A DNA stretch of 64,000 bases, from positions 64,001 through 128,000 of IMG/VR virus record IMGVR_UViG_3300012344_000011. One strand, written 5' to 3'. Shown here piece after piece: positions 58,202 through 64,000 of the stretch. The stretch's first letter is position 1, and every line of letters begins with the position of its first letter. Made by a program: the position numbers and the translations under genes. The notes beneath the pieces were generated by a model, which ran no database searches, was not told the origin of the DNA, and was given only the letters and a program-made list of their open reading frames with translations. Source of the DNA: a virus (lineage: Duplodnaviria; Caudoviricetes).

Positions 58202-58535
58202 ACAACCCATTTTTTCCGTTACGAAAAAAGTTATACCAAGGCGTTCCTTCAACTTGCACTAAGTAACCTTTCTCAATAAGCTTCTTCACCGCATTCTTAT
58301 AAGCACTTTCACCCAAGCCAATATGCTCGCTTACATCAGCTTTACTTAATCCAAATTGATAACCATTAGCATTACATGCTATATACTGCCATAGCATATA
58401 AGCATTGCCACCTAAATCCCGCATAACCGCAAAACACAAATCATTGTTCTCTGAAAAGAATGGAGCTTCAACTCTGCTAGGAGAATGCACGTTGATACCA
58501 ATTTGATTGTTATATAATTTTACCATTGGTATCAC
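58197..58535 (-). CDS. wHTH protein, putative replication initiator
   Basis: AYMLWQYIACN...LSKADVSEHIGLGESAYKNAVKKLIEKGYL; ends TGA-TAA inside an iteron. Confidence 0.6.
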   Translation of the reverse strand: MIPMVKLYNNQIGINVHSPSRVEAPFFSENNDLCFAVMRDLGGNAYMLWQYIACNANGYQFGLSKADVSEHIGLGESAYKNAVKKLIEKGYLVQVEGTPWYNFFRNGKNGLS

Positions 58536-58972
58536 CTATCTAGAAAAAAATTTTTTTCTCCATAACTCACCGAAACTCAACCAAGTCCTTACCCCTGCTT
58601 ATAACTAACGCTATACACTACTCTACACCCATGCATTATCACCAACTTACAATGCAACCGCATTACCCACTTATATGCCGCAATATCTGCCAATCGCACC
58701 GTGCCGCACTCCTCAAGCTCTTCACCAGTATCAGCTACACATACCATATACATAAGCATTCTCCTCTAATCATACGATCGGCATAACTTCACGCCTGCGC
58801 CTTCTTCTTCCATTTTAGGGTTGTAGTACCAGCGGTTGAAACTGCTTATGCAACCGTTGCAGAGGTGCTTTTTGTGACCAAAGCAATAGAATATTTTCGG
58901 GTGTCGCAGGAAGTATGCCATCATGTTCAACTCCACACCTATCGCATCTGTAGACTCTCGTTTAATCACCAT

Positions 58973-59362
58973 CTAGATCAACTTAAAGTCATCATCATTA
59001 TAAGCAGGACGAGAAGTAATTTCACCCTTCCCCGCATACTCTTCTCTTGCTATTGGAGCTTTCCAATCAGGATATTCCCAACCAAAGTGCTCCCTCAACT
59101 CATCTTTATACTCACCCGCATCAACGATCCCACGATAATAATAATCAAGAACCGCCATTACGAACTCATCTTTCAACATAGCAGTAACGTTATCCCACTC
59201 AACTGCTACCCTCTCATAAGCATCGTCTTTCAAAACAGGAACATCTCCTTTAGGAAACTTTACAATTCCATCATCAGAAAACCACAGGTTCCGCAGCACA
59301 GTACCAACTACATCATCTAAGTCAATACCCAGGTCATAAAAATCAGCAAAATCAATTACCAT
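58973..59362 (-). CDS. Acidic hypothetical protein
   Basis: Intact ORF; GGAG SD before MVIDFADF. Confidence 0.55.
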   Translation of the reverse strand: MVIDFADFYDLGIDLDDVVGTVLRNLWFSDDGIVKFPKGDVPVLKDDAYERVAVEWDNVTAMLKDEFVMAVLDYYYRGIVDAGEYKDELREHFGWEYPDWKAPIAREEYAGKGEITSRPAYNDDDFKLI

Positions 59363-59760
59363 TGCTTCTCTCCGTTCACATAAGCGCACATATAATCATA
59401 ATAACCATCTGAACGCTCTCACCACACTTGAACTTCACAACCATAATACTCACTAGAAACTTCAGTATCATAATAATACTTATACTCGTCTAATGCTTCG
59501 CCGCACGCACAGTCATCATTCGCAATACAGGTAAGATACATATCGTTCCCTTTCCCTTTCCCTTTACAAGTATATTATACCATATTTTCCTACCTGCCGT
59601 CAACTAGTAATGATCACTATCCCTATAACCATCAATATCAAGGTTTACTTCGTGATACTCTTTCATGAGCATTTCCATTGCAACTACAAAACTCATTGCT
59701 ATCCACACAAGATTCATAATGCTCAAATTGTGACCTTCAAATAACTTCAATATTTACACA

Positions 59761-59991
59761 TTACTTACTTCTATATCTCTGAAAATCAGCCCAATTATCA
59801 TAGTCTTCTTTTACAATCTCATCTTTATAATCTGCAATGTCCCAGCTTTCATTCATCTTTTTATACCCATTTCCAACAGGCAAGTCTTCTGTTCCCTTCA
59901 ATTGCGATCGCCGCAATTTGCGGTTGAACAGCTTTTTCAATTCCTTATCTCCTGCACACTGGAATCCTTTGCGGTAGCTGCGGCTCATCAC
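59761..59991 (-). CDS. Basic conserved phage protein
   Basis: MSRSYRK...NRKLRR...YKK..ESWDIADY. Confidence 0.65.
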   Translation of the reverse strand: MMSRSYRKGFQCAGDKELKKLFNRKLRRSQLKGTEDLPVGNGYKKMNESWDIADYKDEIVKEDYDNWADFQRYRSK

Positions 59992-60035
59992 TATCTCCTT
60001 TCACTTGTCTCTTGGACTATATATTTTACAAAAAT

Positions 60036-60455
60036 TTAACAATCAAATGCAATACAAACCATTACTTCACCAGGCTTTACATACCAAAGACCATAGATCT
60101 CAAGCACAAACCGCATCTGATCAATCCAAGGCGCAAGCAAATTCTCACCTTCATAGTCAAGAGCTTCATCAGTCTTAGCCAGAGCTACAAGCTCACACCA
60201 ATCAAACCAAGAGTGCTTGTAAGTCCAATAGTCTCCCTCATAAAGATGATAAGCCTTAGACTCAACAGGCATATCCTCCCACATACCTCGGCAATCAAGT
60301 CCTTCAAGTACATCAAACAAATCATAATTGCGATCATTGTAAGGAGCATAACCAGTGCGATCTTCCATCTTACCATTCACCATAGCATAGATCTTCAACT
60401 CTTCCCAACCGGTCTCAGTCTTTGCAAAAATCTGAGTATGAATATCAACGCCCAT
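60036..60455 (-). CDS. Conserved hypothetical phage protein
   Basis: MGVDIH...RNYDLF..L...RG...HSWF...EL...IAFDC. Confidence 0.7.
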   Translation of the reverse strand: MGVDIHTQIFAKTETGWEELKIYAMVNGKMEDRTGYAPYNDRNYDLFDVLEGLDCRGMWEDMPVESKAYHLYEGDYWTYKHSWFDWCELVALAKTDEALDYEGENLLAPWIDQMRFVLEIYGLWYVKPGEVMVCIAFDC

Positions 60456-60610
60456 TATTCTACTTCCTTCCAACCCTTCTTATACTTTGATTTGCGGCTA
60501 TACTTAGTCTTTCCATGAATACCATACCCGCAAGCAAAACCATTCCATTTAGGTTTGCGGAAATCGAACATTTGTTCACTAGTAATTACATACTTTTTAC
60601 TCTTTGACAT
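60455..60610 (-). CDS. Small basic protein (51 aa)
   Basis: MSKSKKYVITSEQMFDFRKPKWNGFACGYGIHGKTKYSRKSKYKKGWKEVE; its TAA overlaps the next ATG. Confidence 0.55.
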   Translation of the reverse strand: MSKSKKYVITSEQMFDFRKPKWNGFACGYGIHGKTKYSRKSKYKKGWKEVE

Positions 60611-61045
60611 AACATACCAGCTTTCTCTCTTGGAAGATAATGTTCACAATGAAGCTTCACAGAAAAACAATCATCACATTCAGGCAGGTTATCAAACAAT
60701 TCAATATAATCGTCCAGCAATCCACAGACATCTTCATGAATACAAGTTTCACATTCCATACTTGTCCTCTTTTCTCTTCTCTATCATACTAATATTATAA
60801 CATATTTTTATACCTGCCGTCAAGCAAAAAAAATGGGAGCTAGCATTTAGAACACTAGCTCCCGGTTACCCTATAACATAATTTCAAATGGAGTAAACGA
60901 TAGTAAAAGGAAATATATAGGGCAAATTCAAATCTTTTATTTTATAGTCAAGAACTTGAAAACTTGACTAACAGAGAGGAAAAGTTGTGGGAGGTTGCCC
61001 GCCTCTTGCTTCAGGTCATAGGTAGCGTTCTGCCGCACTTATCTT

Positions 61046-61348
61046 TCACCAACTCTCAGTATAACCATAATGAGAAAGCAACTGACGAATATTGTCTGCT
61101 CCAACAGGATTCATACTATGAATATGAAAAACACTCATAGGAATATCATTACTTACAATATACTTTGCAATATCATACCCAGAAACAGTAGACCCAAGAT
61201 CATGATCAAAGTCAATCCCAAAGCTGGTTTCAGTTTTCCAGCATTCATCTATAAGACTTTTCATCTGTGCAGCAGTTCTTACAAGAATTGCTTTAAACCC
61301 AATAGGTACTTCTCTTTCATCGTCAAGATAAAACCAAAGCATTATCAT
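61046..61348 (-). CDS. Cyclic-phosphate-processing receiver-like domain protein
   Basis: FYLDDER.P, IDFDHDLG, GYDIAKYI and IHSMNPVG motifs. Confidence 0.75.
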   Translation of the reverse strand: MIMLWFYLDDEREVPIGFKAILVRTAAQMKSLIDECWKTETSFGIDFDHDLGSTVSGYDIAKYIVSNDIPMSVFHIHSMNPVGADNIRQLLSHYGYTESW

Positions 61349-61351
61349 ACC

Positions 61352-61615
61352 TCACTCATAGTCCCAGCATGCTTCTTGATGTTCTTCCTCTAGAATTGCA
61401 TCTGCTTCTGTTGGATAGAAGAACTCTTTGCGGTGAAACACCCAATCATAAGCAGGTTCAGCACCAGTAAGCCGCAACAGAGTCAACATATCTTGAACAG
61501 CAGGATCAAGGATGTTACCATAAGAATTAAGAATCTCACAGATACGCATCTTCGCGTATCCATTCTTAAAGTTGTCTGCAATTTCGACATAGCGCCGCAA
61601 CATATAATCAACCAT
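61352..61615 (-). CDS. Hypothetical protein
   Basis: AGGAG SD and own promoter; ends in TGA. Confidence 0.6.
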   Translation of the reverse strand: MVDYMLRRYVEIADNFKNGYAKMRICEILNSYGNILDPAVQDMLTLLRLTGAEPAYDWVFHRKEFFYPTEADAILEEEHQEACWDYE

Positions 61616-61707
61616 TCTTAACTCCTTTTCTCTTTCTCAACAATAATATTATACCATATTTATTGCCCTACTGTCAAGAAATTCTCTAAACTACTAGGAG
61701 GAAACTC

Positions 61708-63177
61708 CTAGTAGTTTACCTTTTCATTGATATAATCAATGATATCCCAACAACCATTCTCCTTCATATTGATGAAATCGAACACCTTGTTTCCAAGAGA
61801 AGTCAGAAGTACAACATCCTTGTCCTTGGGATCGCATACCTGAGTATGGTAGTTACCAAGATCAAATGAATAAACCTTGCTCTTACCATACTTAGCGCTA
61901 TAAGTCTTATAGGAATCAAAACCATTATGCAAATAATAGTAATCACTTCCCATAATCTGCATATCACTGATAATGAAGATGCGGGAATAGCTCTTCTTAA
62001 GAAGAGCAAAAGCCGTTCCAATGACAGTGCCATAGCCGCATCCATCATTCTTAGCAAATGCTTCGATCATCTCAAAAACATTTTCAGAAGTATAGCCAAT
62101 TGCCCACTCTGCATTAGTGCCAAACTTGACAACATCAACCTTACCAAGATTCTTCAAAGCCAATGCTACTGCAAACACAGCTCCAGCTTCCTTGATACTG
62201 ATGACACTGTTCTTACTGATAGGATCTTCCATAGACCCGGACACATCAAGTAAAACAGCACTGTTACCATCAAAAGAAGGAACATTATCTATCGAAACAG
62301 AGAAAGCATATCCCAAAGACTTCGTAATCTCCTCATCACAGAGACCACTCTTTACTAGAGTCTTATAGCAAGTATAAATCTGATAAGGGAAAACCAAAGA
62401 CTTCTTGATGGCTTCTGCGTTACATAGCTGATCGCAAAGAACCTTAGTATAAGGAATCTTAACGATCTTTGGCAAGAACTCCATAGTCTGTAAAATATTG
62501 CGCACATTCCGCAAAAGAGCTAAATATCCCAACTTCTCTTCTGCCAAAAGTTCACACCAAGCATAACCCTTTTCTTCTTCACTCTTGGATACACTGATAC
62601 GCTGCTCCCAAGTTTCACACTTAGGTAGCACACCATTCTTATAAGCACAAATAGCAGAAGAAGTAGCATGGCAAATATTAATGCAATCAAACATATTATA
62701 TACCTTACCACTCAACTTATACTTATCAATGCTGTACGCTCCAAGAGAAGAAAGATAATCACCGCAGCCTCTTACAAGCGCGTGGCTACGCTTCTGACCC
62801 AAGGCATCGACAGCCGCAAAAATCTCTGCGACATCATCTGCACGATGACAAAAATTCTTATAGAACTGACGCTTGCGGTCGAAGCTCTTATCATTGAGCC
62901 ACGCAGCCGTCATCTGCGAAATAGAACGCATACCAAGTTCATTGCGGGCATACACAGTTGCCTTCGCAATAAACTCATAACCATATGCCTTTGCCATCTT
63001 AGCAGTTAGATCAAAATAACGAACCATCTGCTTTTCCGCAGGCTCATAGTAACGATCTTCTACCATACAACTACAAAGACAATTGAACCATTCCTCGGTG
63101 AGATCCTTTACAAAAACTTCGCCGCCTTCATAGGAAACAACATTAGAATACTTAGCTTCGTTACGATTAAAATTCAT
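61708..63177 (-). CDS. rsr: Ro60-related TROVE + vWA RNA-binding protein
   Basis: N-terminal YEGGEVF, YARNELGMRS, TWEQRIS, LGYLALLRNVRNI and VFPYQIY; MIDAS motif DVSGSM and IIISDMQ. Confidence 0.9.
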   Translation of the reverse strand: MNFNRNEAKYSNVVSYEGGEVFVKDLTEEWFNCLCSCMVEDRYYEPAEKQMVRYFDLTAKMAKAYGYEFIAKATVYARNELGMRSISQMTAAWLNDKSFDRKRQFYKNFCHRADDVAEIFAAVDALGQKRSHALVRGCGDYLSSLGAYSIDKYKLSGKVYNMFDCINICHATSSAICAYKNGVLPKCETWEQRISVSKSEEEKGYAWCELLAEEKLGYLALLRNVRNILQTMEFLPKIVKIPYTKVLCDQLCNAEAIKKSLVFPYQIYTCYKTLVKSGLCDEEITKSLGYAFSVSIDNVPSFDGNSAVLLDVSGSMEDPISKNSVISIKEAGAVFAVALALKNLGKVDVVKFGTNAEWAIGYTSENVFEMIEAFAKNDGCGYGTVIGTAFALLKKSYSRIFIISDMQIMGSDYYYLHNGFDSYKTYSAKYGKSKVYSFDLGNYHTQVCDPKDKDVVLLTSLGNKVFDFINMKENGCWDIIDYINEKVNY

Positions 63178-63205
63178 ACTTTTTCTCCTTCAAAATAAAA
63201 AAAAT

Positions 63206-63282
63206 GGAGCGGATATACTATATAAAAGACTACAATTAATAATTCATTCTCTAAGAAGTAAGCCTTTTATCCATCACGCTCC
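63206..63282 (-). ncRNA. Short Y-RNA-like unit 1 (also terminator-like)
   Basis: GGAGCG-TGATGG-ATAAAAGGC-TTACTTC-[variable]-GTCTTTTAT..ATCCGCTCC, followed by a T-run. Confidence 0.75.
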
Positions 63283-63289
63283 AACCTAA

Positions 63290-63413
63290 CTCTTGGAAAT
63301 CATTAAGAGACGCTTGTGCTCTACCCATTGAGCTACCTGACACCGCAGGATTGGACTCGAACCAATAACCTTTTCTTTATAAATAGAAGTAAGTCTCTTA
63401 ACCATCACAAAAG
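63290..63413 (-). ncRNA. yrlA: YrlA-type tRNA-mimic Y RNA (unit 2)
   Basis: Same outer stem, enclosing T-arm ATTGG-TTCGAGT-CCAAT, loop-closed acceptor CCTG/CAGG, then D-arm TAGCTCAATGGGTAGAGC (circularly permuted order). Confidence 0.85.
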
Positions 63414-63423
63414 TTCCTTGCAT

Positions 63424-63501
63424 TAGCGGAAACCATATAAAAGACGTAAGTTTTGGGTCTAAATATAATTTTTAGAAGTAAGTCTTTTATCCATCACGCT
63501 A
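63424..63501 (-). ncRNA. Short Y-RNA-like unit 3
   Basis: TAGCG-TGATGG-ATAAAAGAC-TTACTTC-[variable]-GTCTTTTAT..TTCCGCTA. Confidence 0.75.
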
Positions 63502-63519
63502 TTGCTTTTACTTTTAGCT

Positions 63520-63622
63520 AATCTTGAAAATCACTAAAAGGCAATACGCTCTAACCCATTGAGCTACCCGCTGGAAAGGAGTCGAACCAATATCTTATTA
63601 GCCTTTCAACAATCACAAAATT
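63520..63622 (-). ncRNA. yrlA: YrlA-type tRNA-mimic Y RNA (unit 4)
   Basis: TTTTG-TGATTG..AAAGGC, GGTTCGACTCC T-loop, short acceptor, TAGCTCAATGGGTTAGAGC D-arm, GCCTTT..TTTTCAAGA. Confidence 0.8.
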
Positions 63623-63630
63623 ACTATATT

Positions 63631-63708
63631 TGCTGGAAATTATACAAAAGACTTGTTATTTGATCTCATACCATAATTTTAGAAGTAAATCTTTTGTCCG
63701 TCACAGCA
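63631..63708 (-). ncRNA. Short Y-RNA-like unit 5
   Basis: TGCTG-TGACGG-ACAAAAGAT-TTACTTC-[variable]-GTCTTTTGT..TTCCAGCA. Confidence 0.75.
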
Positions 63709-64000
63709 TATAAGTGACACCTGAATTCGTGGCAGGTGCGAATAGTTTTGATTTTGAGCAGACTATAAACTGCGGTTCCACGAAACCCGATATATAAAAT
63801 CAATTCCCTTGACCTTATACATATATTATAACATATTTATTGAACGGTTGTCAACAAATTTTTATTTATATATCTTATTATATGCTTTTAGTATATCTTG
63901 TTGCCCTATCCATGCATTTTTCCCATTAACAGATGATAAAAAATTAAAATGTAAATTTTGAAAACGTTGTTTTAAAATATCAACATCTATATTTGATTTA

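Larger units (their letters stand above)
59575..63854 (-). promoter_or_regulatory. Four related strong promoters TTGACR-N18(...AAATATGK)-TATAAT
   Basis: Copies at ~59575-59604, 60794-60823, 61648-61677 and 63825-63854. Confidence 0.75.

Noticed and set aside
60565-60578. LexA-like box CGAACATTTGTTC
   Set aside because: It lies inside a coding region, and the other candidates (53297, 57088) are degenerate.
60865-61045. Possible ribozyme or ncRNA after the receiver-domain gene
   Set aside because: Only short hairpins, with no match to a known consensus by eye.
63290-63622. True tRNA genes or a UGA suppressor tRNA
   Set aside because: The T-arm precedes the D-arm, the acceptor is loop-closed, and there is no anticodon loop or CCA; this fits YrlA.
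63206-63708. CRISPR array
   Set aside because: Units are self-paired and co-varying rather than identical repeats, and there are no cas genes.

Overview
64 kb of a low-GC tailed (siphovirus-like) bacteriophage genome. Positions 1-45.5 kb are a minus-strand virion morphogenesis module: tail fibre/tip genes, a ~3,046-aa tape measure, tail tube, neck, major capsid, protease/scaffold, portal and terminase. The ORF track looks fragmented here for two reasons. First, TGA is reassigned to Trp: about 33 in-frame TGA codons by hand count, several at conserved Trp positions. Second, five group I introns interrupt genes (three in terminase, one in a head-tail adaptor, one in the tail tube), with LAGLIDADG, HNH and GIY-YIG homing endonucleases. 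Positions 46-57.7 kb form a promoter- and repeat-dense early region: small genes, four wHTH paralogues, about 10 antisense promoter repeats, TGTTAC-N13-GTAACA sites and two DnaA-box-like clusters. An iteron plus AT-rich putative origin lies at ~58 kb. The right end encodes a Ro60/TROVE protein downstream of a five-unit Y-RNA-like array that alternates short variable-loop units with tRNA-mimic (YrlA-type) units. A cyclic-phosphate-processing receiver-domain gene lies nearby. All calls come from reading the sequence by eye; no database searches were run.
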